Below, piece after piece: positions 21,519-32,188 of a stretch of 64,000 bases of DNA. This DNA comes from Elusimicrobiota bacterium (GTDB lineage Bacteria; Elusimicrobiota; Elusimicrobia; F11). The notes below the pieces were generated by a model. It was not told the DNA's origin, did no database searches, and worked only from the letters and a program-made list of their open reading frames with translations. Within the stretch, counting starts at the first letter, position 1, and each line of letters starts with the position of its first letter. The translations under genes were made by a program, and so were the position numbers. The stretch covers positions 384,001 through 448,000 of the forward strand of contig JBGAON010000003.1 in NCBI GenBank assembly GCA_044221725.1, given 5' to 3'.

Positions 21519-23775
21519 CGGGTTGTTGAACGACGATCACTTCGGGGTGCAGTTCAATCTGAAATTGTTCTTTGACTCGCGCTTGCGCCATGTGGATCAG
21601 TTCGAGCGCATTTTTCGCTGTGGCGCCGCCGAGGTTTTCGATGAAGTTTGCATGTTTCGGCGAGAAGCGCATGCGACCAAACGTTTTCCCTTTCAGGCCC
21701 GCGGCTTCGATGAGTCGCGCGGCAAAATCACCCTCGGGATTACGAAAAACCGATCCCACATTTTTTGTGCCGAGCGGCTGTGTTTTTTCGCGCGATAGCA
21801 ATTCCTGTTTCATTCGTTCTTTGGCGGCCCCGTTTTCGGATGGCTTGAGTTGCAGTGTCGCGCCAACGATCCATTTCCCAATGAGATTTGAGCGTCGGTA
21901 TCCGAGCTCGATTTTTTTTCGATCCAGCACCGACAAGGAGCCATCCATGTTAATAATCCGCACCTTTTCAATCACATCACCGATGACGCCGCGCGGGGTG
22001 CCCGCGTTTGTCATGAGCGCACCGCCGACCGTTCCGGGAACGCCCGCCAAGGCTTCCACGCCGGCCAGGCCGCGTTCCACACAGGCTTTCGCAAGTTTTG
22101 GTAAATGCACGCCGGCACCGACATCCACGGTGTTGCCACTGAATTCAATGGCCTCGAGTTCGCCTCGCAACCGCACGACAATGCCACGAAGTCCTTCGTC
22201 CGGTAACAACACGTTTGAACCCCAGCCAAGGAAGAAAATTGGAAATCGTTGTTGCACGGACCATCGAAGCAGCATCTGGAGTTCCGCGATCGTTTGAATC
22301 TCGATGTACACCTCGGCGGGACCGCCGATGCCCCAGGTGCAGTGACGGCTCAAGGGCTCTTCTGCTTTGATGCGGGGCGCTAAATTTGGAAACGCGCTTT
22401 TTATCTGCGGTGCGAGCGCATTTGTTCCTTTGAGAATTTGTTCGCCAACTTTCCAAACATCGCCAGCCCCCAGCGTGAGCAAAAGATCGCCGGGTTTAAG
22501 TTCGCTTCTCAGCTCATCGATAGAATTTTCCCAGCCCCAGAAATTCAGGTTCTTCTTCTTCAAAAATTTTGAAATGGATTTTGTCGATACCCCGGCAATC
22601 GGTTTTTCTCCGGCGGCATAGATCGGCATCAAAAACAATTTGTCGGCGTGCTCAAGCGCCTTTGCAAAATTTTTGGCCAGAATTTTCGTGCGCGTGTAAC
22701 GATGGGGTTGGAACAATACCACGAGTCGTCGATGGGGCCAGCGCGCTTTGACCGCCGTGAGCGTGGCGTTAATCTCGGTTGGATGGTGCCCATAATCATC
22801 CACGACGAGCACATCGTCGGCTTCTCCTTTAATTTCAATGCGCCGTCCCACACCCTCAAATTTGTTTAGCGCATCGGCAATAACCGCAAACGGAATATCG
22901 ATATGAAGGCCAACAGCGATGGCCGCGAGCGCGTTCAACACGTTGTGTTTGCCGGATAGTGGAAGAAGCACCGTCCCAAGTTTTTTCCCTTTCTGAAGCA
23001 CGTCAAAACGGGAACCGCTTTCGTTTAGTTCAATATTCGTGGCGCTCAGATCGTACTTGCGATCGAAACCGTACAGCACGCAGCGACGATTCAATTTTGA
23101 GAGCACGCGTTTTACGCCGGGATCTTCGCCGCAAAGATACGTGGCCCCATAAAACGGAATGTGATTCGCAAATTGTGCGAACGCGGACTCCAAATTTTCC
23201 ATCGACTTGTAGTAGTCCAGGTGATCATCATCGATGTTGGTGACGATTGCGATTGTGGGCGTGAGTTTTAAGAAGGATCCGTCGGATTCGTCGGCTTCGG
23301 CCACCAAGTAATCGCCGGCTCCCAGCACGCCCCCCGTCCCGACAGCTTTCAGTCGTCCACCAACGATCACGGTTGGATCCAATTTTGCATGCTTGAAAAT
23401 TTCACCGACCAGCGATGTGGTCGTGGTTTTTCCGTGGGTTCCGCCAACGGCCACTGTGTATTTTAGCCGCGCAATTTCGGCGAGCATTTCGATGCGAGGG
23501 ATTACGGGGATTCCGATGTTGTGTGCCGCTTTTACTTCGGGATTTGTTTGGGAAATCGCCGTCGAGGTTACAACGACATCGGCACCTTCAACATTTTTGG
23601 CGGCGTGGCCAACAAAGACGGTGGCTCCCAAATTTTCAAGCCGAGAAGTCACCGCGTTTTTTGCGGCGTCGCTCCCCGTGACGCGGTACCGGAGTTTCAA
23701 CAGCACCTCGGCAATTCCGCTCATTCCGCTGCCACCGATGCCAACGAAATGGATGTGTTTGAATTTTTTGAACAT
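21502..23775 (-). CDS. murC-murB: Fused MurC (UDP-MurNAc-L-Ala ligase) / MurB (UDP-N-acetylenolpyruvoylglucosamine reductase)
   Basis: N-terminal ~450 aa: GIGGSGMSG, GTHGKTTT, EADESDGSF, DDYGHHPTE, FQPHRYTRT. C-terminal ~300 aa: GIGGPA, GWGSNVL, PGTVGGA..NAG, GSVFRNP, KHANF. Single uninterrupted ORF. Confidence 0.93.
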   Translation of the reverse strand: MFKKFKHIHFVGIGGSGMSGIAEVLLKLRYRVTGSDAAKNAVTSRLENLGATVFVGHAAKNVEGADVVVTSTAISQTNPEVKAAHNIGIPVIPRIEMLAEIARLKYTVAVGGTHGKTTTTSLVGEIFKHAKLDPTVIVGGRLKAVGTGGVLGAGDYLVAEADESDGSFLKLTPTIAIVTNIDDDHLDYYKSMENLESAFAQFANHIPFYGATYLCGEDPGVKRVLSKLNRRCVLYGFDRKYDLSATNIELNESGSRFDVLQKGKKLGTVLLPLSGKHNVLNALAAIAVGLHIDIPFAVIADALNKFEGVGRRIEIKGEADDVLVVDDYGHHPTEINATLTAVKARWPHRRLVVLFQPHRYTRTKILAKNFAKALEHADKLFLMPIYAAGEKPIAGVSTKSISKFLKKKNLNFWGWENSIDELRSELKPGDLLLTLGAGDVWKVGEQILKGTNALAPQIKSAFPNLAPRIKAEEPLSRHCTWGIGGPAEVYIEIQTIAELQMLLRWSVQQRFPIFFLGWGSNVLLPDEGLRGIVVRLRGELEAIEFSGNTVDVGAGVHLPKLAKACVERGLAGVEALAGVPGTVGGALMTNAGTPRGVIGDVIEKVRIINMDGSLSVLDRKKIELGYRRSNLIGKWIVGATLQLKPSENGAAKERMKQELLSREKTQPLGTKNVGSVFRNPEGDFAARLIEAAGLKGKTFGRMRFSPKHANFIENLGGATAKNALELIHMAQARVKEQFQIELHPEVIVVQQPDAIHA

Positions 23776-23974
23776 CGCGCGGACGCAACATATAAAAACA
23801 AGGCGGGACCGTCTAATTCGAGTTGACCGAAATCATGTTGCGCCTTCCCGCGGCCGGGACTAGGGTATTAATATGAAGGGGACGAACGGGCGGGACTGTT
23901 GCATTAAACCGGACATGGACAAAAATCGAAAAGTCCGGTTGTTCCTAAAAGGCACTGTTTGCGACCTGTTTATC

Positions 23975-24559
23975 ATGATTTTGCAAATCAACGGGATTCC
24001 CCCGACCTACGCAGGCCCGTTCCGAACGCTGATTGATTCGGTTCAGAGAGCCCCCCAGAAACAGTACGAAAATTCAATAACAAACCAGGACATCTTAAAG
24101 GAATCGCAAATTTCATACCGCGCCGATGGCGGGTTTTCCACGGTGGAATCCTATGGCGTAATTCTCAGCTGCGTGAACGGCAAGGTTTCCGTTTTAAAAA
24201 GTATCAACGATCCGCGCTTGCCGGCCAGTAAATCGCACAGCCGTGAAGTCGAAGCCATGGATCCTGATAAGTATTTGGAGCTTTGGGACAATCTCGATCG
24301 TCAAGCAATGTTTCGAATGGAAAATGGGCCGCGGCCGAAGGAAGACATTCGCGATGAATTTACGGTTCATTTTTACGCTAAGGTCGGAGAAAAACTGCAT
24401 GAATTTAACGTGTACGGAATATCGCGGCCCGAAGCGGCCCGTTATTTTGCGGTTCGCAAGATAATAGACAATTCGGTCAACATGGCGGGATTTTGGAACA
24501 CCCACCACGATGTGGCCCAGCACATGACCTCCCCGCTTGCTTCCGAAAAAGCGAATTAA
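23975..24559 (+). CDS. Hypothetical protein
   Basis: Only long ORF in the gap between divergent murC and the Rrf2 gene; start uncertain (23873-23975). Confidence 0.65.
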   Translation: MILQINGIPPTYAGPFRTLIDSVQRAPQKQYENSITNQDILKESQISYRADGGFSTVESYGVILSCVNGKVSVLKSINDPRLPASKSHSREVEAMDPDKYLELWDNLDRQAMFRMENGPRPKEDIRDEFTVHFYAKVGEKLHEFNVYGISRPEAARYFAVRKIIDNSVNMAGFWNTHHDVAQHMTSPLASEKAN

Positions 24560-24609
24560 TACCTGCTTCAAAAACAGCATTTAATCAACCGTTTCCGTCG
24601 CAGAATCGG

Positions 24610-24642
24610 CTATTTCTATTGTTGATAGAAATAGTCAACTAT
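24610..24642 (+). promoter_or_regulatory. IscR type-1-like operator and overlapping inverted repeat upstream of the Rrf2 gene
   Basis: 24618-24642 ATTGTTGATAGAAATAGTCAACTAT matches ATASYYGACTRWWWYAGTCRRSTAT at 22/25 by hand. Overlapping CTATTTCTAT-N5-ATAGAAATAG at 24610-24634. Confidence 0.7.
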
Positions 24643-24657
24643 GTTAGGATGCGGTAT

Positions 24658-25107
24658 ATGATGAAAGTGTCAACCAAATCGACGTACGCGATTCGCGCGC
24701 TGCTCCAGTTGGGGCGCGAGCCGCAGGATTCTCCGGTTCGCCTCGCGAGAATTGCGGAGCGGCAGAAGATTCCGCTGCCGTACCTCGAGCAAATATTTTC
24801 TAAACTTCGTCGCGCTGGTTTGGTCACGTCTATTCGTGGCCCACAGGGCGGATACAGACTTGCGAAGAAACCGGCCGATATTTCGATGCGCGATATTATC
24901 GCAGCGCTCGAAGGTCCGATGGTCCCGGTGCTCTGCAGCATGCCAGAAAATCATTCCTCCGACTGCCATGAAACCGAAGGTTGTTTGAGTCGATTCCTTT
25001 GCAATGAGTTGGACGGCGAGCTTTCACGAATTTTGTCACGCAACACACTGAGCAGTTTGCTCGGGAAAGCAACATCCCGAGAGAAAACGAGCGCCGTGGG
25101 CATTTAA
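24658..25107 (+). CDS. Rrf2 family (IscR-like) transcriptional regulator
   Basis: MKVSTKSTYA, YLEQIFSKLRRAGLVTSIRGPQGGY, three C-terminal Cys; heads the Fe-S operon. Confidence 0.92.
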   Translation: MMKVSTKSTYAIRALLQLGREPQDSPVRLARIAERQKIPLPYLEQIFSKLRRAGLVTSIRGPQGGYRLAKKPADISMRDIIAALEGPMVPVLCSMPENHSSDCHETEGCLSRFLCNELDGELSRILSRNTLSSLLGKATSREKTSAVGI

Positions 25108-25128
25108 TAATAGGAGCTGTTAAGAATT

Positions 25129-25881
25129 ATGGACGAGAACAATCTCATCAAAATCGAAGACTTGCACGCGTCGGTGGAAAATAAGCCGATTTTAAAAGGA
25201 GTCAACCTTACCATCAAACGCGGCGAAGTCCACGCGATTATGGGCCCGAACGGATCCGGCAAATCGACACTTTCCAATGTGTTAATGGGGCACCCGAAAT
25301 ACAAGGTGACGCGAGGCAAAGTCGAGTTTAAAGGCGACGATCTATTGGCTCTTTCGGTTGATGAGCGTGCGCGCAAAGGTTTATTTTTGGGTTTTCAATA
25401 TCCGCTTTCGATTCCCGGCGTTCCGGTCTCCAAATTTTTACGCATGAGCATGCAAGCGGTACGCGGCAAAGAAATCCCGATTATTGAGTTTCGGAATGCG
25501 TTCAAGCAAAAAATGGAATTGTTAGGCATTAGCGACAGTTTTTCGGGTCGGTATATTAACGAAGGATTTTCCGGTGGTGAAAAGAAGCGCCATGAGATTC
25601 TTCAGCTCGCGTTGCTTGAACCCGATATGGCCATCCTTGATGAGACCGATTCCGGTCTCGATATCGATGCGCTGAAAGTCGTATCGAACGGCATTGAGAA
25701 AACGCGCAGCCCGCAACGAGGGATTCTTCTGATCACGCACTACCAAAGAATTCTCAATTACGTGCAACCCGATTTTATTCACGTGTTGGCCGAAGGTCGC
25801 ATTGTGAAATCCGGCGGAAAGGAGCTCGCGGCCGAGTTGGAGACGAAAGGGTACGACTGGCTGTTGTCAGCCGCGAAGTAA
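25129..25881 (+). CDS. sufC: Fe-S assembly ATPase SufC
   Basis: [43 protein letters not shown]. Confidence 0.97.
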   Translation: MDENNLIKIEDLHASVENKPILKGVNLTIKRGEVHAIMGPNGSGKSTLSNVLMGHPKYKVTRGKVEFKGDDLLALSVDERARKGLFLGFQYPLSIPGVPVSKFLRMSMQAVRGKEIPIIEFRNAFKQKMELLGISDSFSGRYINEGFSGGEKKRHEILQLALLEPDMAILDETDSGLDIDALKVVSNGIEKTRSPQRGILLITHYQRILNYVQPDFIHVLAEGRIVKSGGKELAAELETKGYDWLLSAAK

Positions 25882-25900
25882 GGTTCAAGGAGAAAAATTT

Positions 25901-27307
25901 ATGGCACAGAAAGCACATCTCGCACCGAAAGATTATAAGTACGGTTTCCGGGACAACGTCGATAATGTTTTTGATTCCGGTAAAGGCCTTACGAAGCAAA
26001 TCGTTGAGGAAATGTCGGCGATGAAAAACGAGCCGGATTGGATGCGAAAGTTTAGACTCAAAGCACTCGAGGTTTATAACAAGAAGCCGATGCCGACGTG
26101 GGGCAACGTGGAGCTCATGCGCGAACTCGATTTTCAAAACATTCACTACTACGTGAAGCCGAGCGAAAAAACCGAGCGCAATTGGGACGAAGTACCGGAG
26201 GGCGTGAAGAAGACATTCGATCGTCTGGGAATACCCGAAGCGGAGCGTAAGTTTTTGGCGGGCGTTACCGCCCAGTATGAATCCGAGGTCGTCTACCATT
26301 CAATTCGAGAAGATCTCGAAAAACAAGGCGTGATTTTCCTTGGAATGGATGATGCGGTGAAGAAGGTCCCGGATATCGTAAAAAAATATTTCAGTCGCGT
26401 GATTCCGACCGAAGATAACAAGTTCGCGGCGTTAAACTCCGCTGTGTGGTCGGGAGGAAGTTTTATCTACGTTCCCAAAAACACGCACGTCGAAATTCCC
26501 CTGCAGGCGTATTTCCGTATCAATTCCGAGAATATGGGACAGTTTGAGCGCACACTGATCATCACCGACGAAGGTTCGGACGTGCACTACATTGAAGGTT
26601 GCACGGCCCCCACCTACTCGAGCGACTCGCTGCACTCGGCTGTTGTCGAACTGGTGGCGTTGCCCGGCTCGAAGATTCGGTACACGACGATCCAAAACTG
26701 GTCGAACAATGTTTACAACCTGGTCACGAAACGCGCGGTCGCCTACGAAGACGCGGCCGTCGAGTGGATTGATGGAAACATTGGTTCGAAACTCACGATG
26801 AAATATCCGGCCGTTTACTTGATGGGCAAAGGCGCGCGCGGCGAAGTGTTGTCGATTGCGTACGCTGGCAAAGGCCAGCATCAAGATGCGGGTGCAAAAA
26901 TGGTGCACGTGGCGCCGCACACAACGTCAACGATTCTGTCAAAATCAATTTCGCGCGACGGTGGCCGCACCTCTTATCGGGGTTTGCTCAAAGTGGAGAA
27001 AGGCGCCGAAGGTTGCAAGGCGAACGTTCGTTGCGACGCTCTTTTGATGGACGAAGCGTCGCGCTCGGACACGTATCCCACGATGGAAATCAACGAAAAG
27101 AACGTTTCGGTTGGACACGAGGCCACGGTTTCGAAGATTGGCGACGAACAGATGTTTTATTTGAGAAGTCGCGGACTTAAAGAACAGGAAGCGCAGTCGA
27201 TGATAGTGAATGGATTTATTGAGCCGTTTGTGCGCGAACTTCCCATGGAATACGCGGTCGAACTAAATCGACTCATGCAACTTGAGATGGAAGGTTCGAT
27301 CGGTTAA
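25901..27307 (+). CDS. sufB: Fe-S assembly protein SufB
   Basis: [39 protein letters not shown]. Confidence 0.97.
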   Translation: MAQKAHLAPKDYKYGFRDNVDNVFDSGKGLTKQIVEEMSAMKNEPDWMRKFRLKALEVYNKKPMPTWGNVELMRELDFQNIHYYVKPSEKTERNWDEVPEGVKKTFDRLGIPEAERKFLAGVTAQYESEVVYHSIREDLEKQGVIFLGMDDAVKKVPDIVKKYFSRVIPTEDNKFAALNSAVWSGGSFIYVPKNTHVEIPLQAYFRINSENMGQFERTLIITDEGSDVHYIEGCTAPTYSSDSLHSAVVELVALPGSKIRYTTIQNWSNNVYNLVTKRAVAYEDAAVEWIDGNIGSKLTMKYPAVYLMGKGARGEVLSIAYAGKGQHQDAGAKMVHVAPHTTSTILSKSISRDGGRTSYRGLLKVEKGAEGCKANVRCDALLMDEASRSDTYPTMEINEKNVSVGHEATVSKIGDEQMFYLRSRGLKEQEAQSMIVNGFIEPFVRELPMEYAVELNRLMQLEMEGSIG

Positions 27308-27328
27308 CGAATCTCACCGAAAAAAACC

Positions 27329-28573
27329 ATGAAAACTTCGCTTAAACCTTTGCCCCTTGCGGGCTTAACAGCGTCTCATATCGCGACTCTTTCGAACGAG
27401 TGGAACGAACCGTCGTGGGTGCTCGACCTGCGTCAGAAAGCGTTCGAGGCTTACAACGCGCTCCCCTGGCCCAACGAAAAAGATGAGAAATGGCGCCGCG
27501 CTCGACTCGAAATGTTGGAGTGGAACACATTGGAGGTTTCCCCTTCGTTTCTTTCGATCACGGGCGCAGAGATTCCAGAAGAGTGCCGCGAACGCGGTGT
27601 GCAATGGATTTCACTGGAAGAAGCGTTTCGATCCGAGCAGGCGCGTCTGCAGCCGGCGTGGGCCGATGCAATTAAGCGCGCCAGCAACAACAAATTCCTT
27701 TTGCTGACGCTCGCCCTCGCAAACGGTGGCGGTTGTTTGATGGTGCCCAAAGGTCAGGTTGTTAAAGCACCGATTTACGTGCCAACAAAATGGACCGAAA
27801 TCCCTGGCGCAAAGTTTCCGCTCTCTTTTGTTTTCGTGGACGAAGCGGCCGAGGTTCATGTGTGGGAAGATTTGCACAAAGAAAGTTCGAGCGCCGACTT
27901 CATTTCAAGCTACACACTGCTCGCGCTTAAAGAAAATGCAAAAGCATCGTGTTATTACCTTCAGCATTGGAACGACAAAACCTGGCATTTCCAGTTTCAG
28001 GAAATTTTGCAGGCACGGTTCAGCCGTTTGAACGCGATCGCCGTTTCGATGGGCGGGCACACGTTCCATAGCGAGACCGTCATGCATCTCCAAGGGCAGG
28101 GTGCCGAAAACAAATTGCTCGGCGTCGTGTTTGGAGACACGCATCAGAATTTTGAAAATTGGATTACCCAAAATCACACGGCGATTAAGACCACCAGCGA
28201 TATTCAGTACCGCGGAGCACTAAAAGGATCATCGCAGTCCTTTTTCTCGGGGCTCGTATCCATCACGAAAGACGCGCAGCAGTCGGATGCGTACCAATCG
28301 GCGAAGAGTTTGCTGTTGTCGCAAGACGCGCGTGCCGATGCGATTCCAAATCTGGAAATTCTGGCCGATGATGTGAAGTGTTCGCACGGCGCGGCGGTTG
28401 GCCCCGTGGATGAAGACCAAAAGTTTTATCTCGAAACACGCGGGATTCCCCCGGCCGAGGCCGAAGAAATTATTATTCAGGGATTCTTTGAGCCTGTGAT
28501 TGCGGAGGTTCCCTCGTCCTCGGTGCAGGACCAATTGCGAAACTTTGTTGAGGAAAAATTGCGGAAGTCATGA
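27329..28573 (+). CDS. sufD: Fe-S assembly protein SufD
   Basis: PNLEILADDVKCSHGAAVG; follows sufB. Confidence 0.93.
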   Translation: MKTSLKPLPLAGLTASHIATLSNEWNEPSWVLDLRQKAFEAYNALPWPNEKDEKWRRARLEMLEWNTLEVSPSFLSITGAEIPEECRERGVQWISLEEAFRSEQARLQPAWADAIKRASNNKFLLLTLALANGGGCLMVPKGQVVKAPIYVPTKWTEIPGAKFPLSFVFVDEAAEVHVWEDLHKESSSADFISSYTLLALKENAKASCYYLQHWNDKTWHFQFQEILQARFSRLNAIAVSMGGHTFHSETVMHLQGQGAENKLLGVVFGDTHQNFENWITQNHTAIKTTSDIQYRGALKGSSQSFFSGLVSITKDAQQSDAYQSAKSLLLSQDARADAIPNLEILADDVKCSHGAAVGPVDEDQKFYLETRGIPPAEAEEIIIQGFFEPVIAEVPSSSVQDQLRNFVEEKLRKS

Positions 28574-28884
28574 GCACATTGGAATCGGTTGGCAAAAAAG
28601 GTGATTTCAAAGACGGCACGCTTACGGGCGTTCAGGTGAATGGCGAGGCGCTTTGCGTCGCGCGCGCCGGCGAAACGTTTTACGCGTTTGACGACCGTTG
28701 CACGCACGCGCACGTGATGTTGTCGCGCGGCGATTTGGAAGAAAATGAAGTTGTGTGTCCGTTGCACGGGGCTCGCTTTTCGATCAAAACCGGTGAAGCG
28801 CTCACGCCGCCGGCGGTGCGTCCGGTGCGCACGTACGAGGTCGTCGTTCAAGGGGACGACGTCTTCGTTAAATTCGGCTCGTAA
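28570..28884 (+). CDS. Rieske-type ferredoxin
   Basis: CTH...CPLHG Rieske motifs. Confidence 0.92.
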   Translation: MSTLESVGKKGDFKDGTLTGVQVNGEALCVARAGETFYAFDDRCTHAHVMLSRGDLEENEVVCPLHGARFSIKTGEALTPPAVRPVRTYEVVVQGDDVFVKFGS

Positions 28885-28894
28885 ACAGGTCGTT

Positions 28895-30142
28895 ATGAAA
28901 TTTGACCCTCAACTTATCCGAAAAGATTTCCCAATCCTTTCTCGAAAAATTGACGGCAAGCCGCTCGTCTATCTTGATAGTGCCGCGACCACTCAAAAAC
29001 CGACGTCCGTGATTGAAGCGCTCGCCGATTTTTATCGGCATACAAACGCGAACATTCACCGCGGCGTCTACACGCTCGCCGAAGAATCGACGGCACGATA
29101 CGAAGACGCGCGAGCACGCGTGGCCAACTTTGTTAACGCGCCCGACAAAGATACGATTATCTTTACGCGAAACACCACCGAGTCGATAAATTTGGTTGCG
29201 CATTCGTGGGCGCGCAAGCACATGAAGCCGGGCGATGAAATTTTGTTGACGGCGCTCGAACATCACGCGAATTTTGTTCCTTGGTACATGCTGGCCAAAG
29301 AAAGGCAGATGGGGCTTAAGATCGTTCCGCTTTTACCGGACACGACCCTCGATATGGCGGCTTTCAAGAAAATGCTCACGCCCAAAGTGAAACTCGTGGC
29401 TGTTACCGCGATGTCGAACGTGCTTGGAACGCTGACACCGGTTGAGGAAATCAGCGCGCTCGCACACGCGAACAATTCGGTGGTGCTTGTGGACGGCGCC
29501 CAATCGGTGCCGCACATGGCGACCGATGTTCAAAAGCTGGGCTGCGATTTCTTTGCTTTCTCCGCGCACAAAATGCTGGGGCCGACCGGCGTCGGCGTGC
29601 TGTGGGTTCGTAAAAATATTCTCGACGCAATGGATCCGTTCATGGGTGGCGGAGAAATGATTAGCGTCGTTTCGGCTGAGAAAACAACGTGGGCGGAAGT
29701 CCCTTTAAAATTTGAAGCGGGCACACCGAATTACGCGGACACGGCGGCGTTCACGGCGTCGCTCGATTACTTGGAAAAGATTGGCATGAACGCTATTCGC
29801 GAGCATGAGAAAGAGCTCGTGGCGTACGCGTTGGAAAAATTGTCCGCTTTGCCGGAGCTCACGATTTATGGGTCCAAAAATCCCGAGCAACAAGGCGGCG
29901 CGATCTCGTTCAATCACAACGTCGTGCACGCGCACGACGTTGGCACTATCCTTGGCGAGCAAGGCGTGGCGATTCGGGTTGGACACCATTGCGCGCAGCC
30001 ACTCATGAAAGTACTCGGTACTTCGTCAACCGCGCGCGCGAGCTTCTATATTTACTCAACAAAAGACGATGTGGATGCGTTGGTTCGCGCTCTTCAGCGC
30101 GTGGACGAAGTTTTCGGCTTGAAAGGATCGGCCCACAAATGA
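28895..30142 (+). CDS. sufS: Cysteine desulfurase, SufS class
   Basis: YLDSAATTQKP, ANIHRG, SAHKMLGPTG, RVGHHCAQP. Confidence 0.96.
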   Translation: MKFDPQLIRKDFPILSRKIDGKPLVYLDSAATTQKPTSVIEALADFYRHTNANIHRGVYTLAEESTARYEDARARVANFVNAPDKDTIIFTRNTTESINLVAHSWARKHMKPGDEILLTALEHHANFVPWYMLAKERQMGLKIVPLLPDTTLDMAAFKKMLTPKVKLVAVTAMSNVLGTLTPVEEISALAHANNSVVLVDGAQSVPHMATDVQKLGCDFFAFSAHKMLGPTGVGVLWVRKNILDAMDPFMGGGEMISVVSAEKTTWAEVPLKFEAGTPNYADTAAFTASLDYLEKIGMNAIREHEKELVAYALEKLSALPELTIYGSKNPEQQGGAISFNHNVVHAHDVGTILGEQGVAIRVGHHCAQPLMKVLGTSSTARASFYIYSTKDDVDALVRALQRVDEVFGLKGSAHK

Positions 30143-30621
30143 GCCAAGAAAAGATGCAAGGCGGAGCCATGGGCGGTGTAGAAGAACTTTACCGCGAAGT
30201 TATTCTTGATCACTTTAAGTCACCGAAAAACCGCGGTGTGTTGGCGGATCCGAACGCGCATGCCGATGGAATGAATCCGCTTTGCGGAGATCAAATTTCG
30301 ATGACGGCGCGCGTGGAAAATGGTGTGATCAAGGAATTGAAATACGACGGGCACGGCTGCGCAATTTCCCAGTCGGCGGCATCGATGCTCACGGAACTGG
30401 TCAAAGGAAAATCCGTTGACGATGTGCAGGGTTTGACGCACGTTTATAAGCGGATGTTTGGTGTTGAGGAAAAAGATCAGAAAACGAGCTCGTTTGTGAC
30501 CGATGATCTCGGTGATCTGGTGTCTTTGGAAGGTGTGAAGAAATACCCGGTCCGGATTAAGTGTGCGCTGCTATCGGCGAACACATTGCTCGAAAGTTTG
30601 AAAAATTTTTTTACGAAGTGA
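30139..30621 (+). CDS. sufU: SufU/NifU-type sulfur-transfer protein
   Basis: LYREVILDH, NPLCGD, GCAISQS, YPVRIKCA with the SufU insertion. Confidence 0.92.
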   Translation: MSQEKMQGGAMGGVEELYREVILDHFKSPKNRGVLADPNAHADGMNPLCGDQISMTARVENGVIKELKYDGHGCAISQSAASMLTELVKGKSVDDVQGLTHVYKRMFGVEEKDQKTSSFVTDDLGDLVSLEGVKKYPVRIKCALLSANTLLESLKNFFTK

Positions 30622-30629
30622 GGAGTCCT

Positions 30630-31001
30630 ATGAGTGACACAGAGAAACAATTGGAAGAGGCAATCATCGCACGAAAAACAAATCCCGAAGGTTTACCGAC
30701 GCTGCAGGAAATTACCAACGTGTTAATGGCCGTCGAAGATCCCGAGCTTCATATCAATATTGTTGATTTGGGTTTGGTGTACAAAGTTGACCGCGACGAG
30801 AAAATTGGAAAAATCACCGTCGATATGACGCTGACGTCCCCCGCCTGTCCGTATGGTCCGCAATTGCTCGGTCAAACGCATGCAATTCTCGGCCGTTTGC
30901 CGAACGTGAAAGAAGTGAAAATTAATACGGTTTGGTCCCCGAAGTGGGATCCACGCCAACATGCGTCGGAAGTGGCGCAGATGCTATTGGGCTTGATCTA
31001 A
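30630..31001 (+). CDS. DUF59 / SufT metal-sulfur cluster protein
   Basis: DPELHINIVDLGLVY, MTLTSPACP. Confidence 0.92.
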   Translation: MSDTEKQLEEAIIARKTNPEGLPTLQEITNVLMAVEDPELHINIVDLGLVYKVDRDEKIGKITVDMTLTSPACPYGPQLLGQTHAILGRLPNVKEVKINTVWSPKWDPRQHASEVAQMLLGLI

Positions 31002-31007
31002 CCTTCC

Positions 31008-32186
31008 GTGGACATGATTTACCTCGATCATAACGCGACGACGCCGGTGCGCGCCGAAGCATTTGAGGCAATGCTGCCGTACCTAAGTGAATTTTATGGG
31101 AACGCGTCGAGCATTCATCAATTGGGGCAGAAAGCGCGCAAGGGCATTGAAGATGCACGCGCGCAGATCGCAAAGTTTATTCATGCCGACAGCCCCGATG
31201 AAATTATTTTTACATCCGGCGGTACCGAGTCAAACGCAACCGTGTTGCGCGGCGTGCTGGAGCAGTTCAAGAACAAAGGACGCCGGATCGTTTCAAGTTC
31301 GATTGAGCACTCCTCAATACGAACGCCACTGCGCGATATGGGCGATAGCGGCGAGATTGATTACGTGGTTGTTCCGGTGCAATCGAACGGGATCACGCGC
31401 GTGGCCGACGTCGTCGATGCGTTGTCTCCCGACACGATTCTCGTTTCCATCATGACGGCCAACAACGAGGTCGGCACATTTCAGCCCATCAAAGAGATTT
31501 CGGAGATTTGCAAGAAGAAAGGCGTGTTGTTGCACACCGACGCGGTGCAGTTGGCTGGCAAGCACGACGTGAACGTGAACGAGTTGGGCGTGGATATGCT
31601 GTCGTTGTCCGGACACAAGTTTGGTTCGCCAAAAGGAACGGGCGTGCTGTATGTTCGCAAGGGAACGCGAATGTCGGCTCTCATTCGAGGCGGCAAACAA
31701 GAGAAGAATCGTCGTGGTGGAACCGAAAACGTCCCGGGAATCGTGGCGATGGCAGCCGCCGCGCAAATGGCGATGGTGGATCTCGTTGCCGAGCAAGCGC
31801 GCATCAAAAAATTGCGCGATCTTTTTGAAGAGCTGGTTTTAGCGAGTCTTACGCATGTGACCGTGAACGGAGATCGTGAACGCCGCACCTGCAACACGTC
31901 GAACCTTTGTTTCGAATTTACCGATAGTTCGGAAATGCTCATGGCGCTGGATCTGAAAGGCGTCGCCTGCTCAACTGGAAGTGCATGCCAAGCAGGAAGT
32001 GCCGAAGCATCGCATGTTCTTTTGGCGATGGGCCTGCCGCAACAAAAGGCGCACGCATCGCTGCGATTTTCTCTGGGACACTCGACCACCGAACCGGAGA
32101 TTCGTTCGGCCGCAAAGATCATCGCTGAGACGGCGGCGCGAATCCGCGAAAAGAATCCGCTTTGGCAAGAGATAGGAAGAAAATAA
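31008..32186 (+). CDS. iscS: Cysteine desulfurase, IscS/NifS class
   Basis: YLDHNATTP, FTSGGTES, SGHKFGSPKG, STGSAC. Confidence 0.92.
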   Translation: MDMIYLDHNATTPVRAEAFEAMLPYLSEFYGNASSIHQLGQKARKGIEDARAQIAKFIHADSPDEIIFTSGGTESNATVLRGVLEQFKNKGRRIVSSSIEHSSIRTPLRDMGDSGEIDYVVVPVQSNGITRVADVVDALSPDTILVSIMTANNEVGTFQPIKEISEICKKKGVLLHTDAVQLAGKHDVNVNELGVDMLSLSGHKFGSPKGTGVLYVRKGTRMSALIRGGKQEKNRRGGTENVPGIVAMAAAAQMAMVDLVAEQARIKKLRDLFEELVLASLTHVTVNGDRERRTCNTSNLCFEFTDSSEMLMALDLKGVACSTGSACQAGSAEASHVLLAMGLPQQKAHASLRFSLGHSTTEPEIRSAAKIIAETAARIREKNPLWQEIGRK

Positions 32187-32188
32187 GC

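Noticed and set aside
23907..23964. AACCGGAC/GTCCGGTT inverted repeat and a GGCAC..TTGC sigma-54-like element
   Set aside because: GG-to-GC spacing is 2 bp too short for sigma-54, and an 8-bp repeat with a long spacer is weak on its own.
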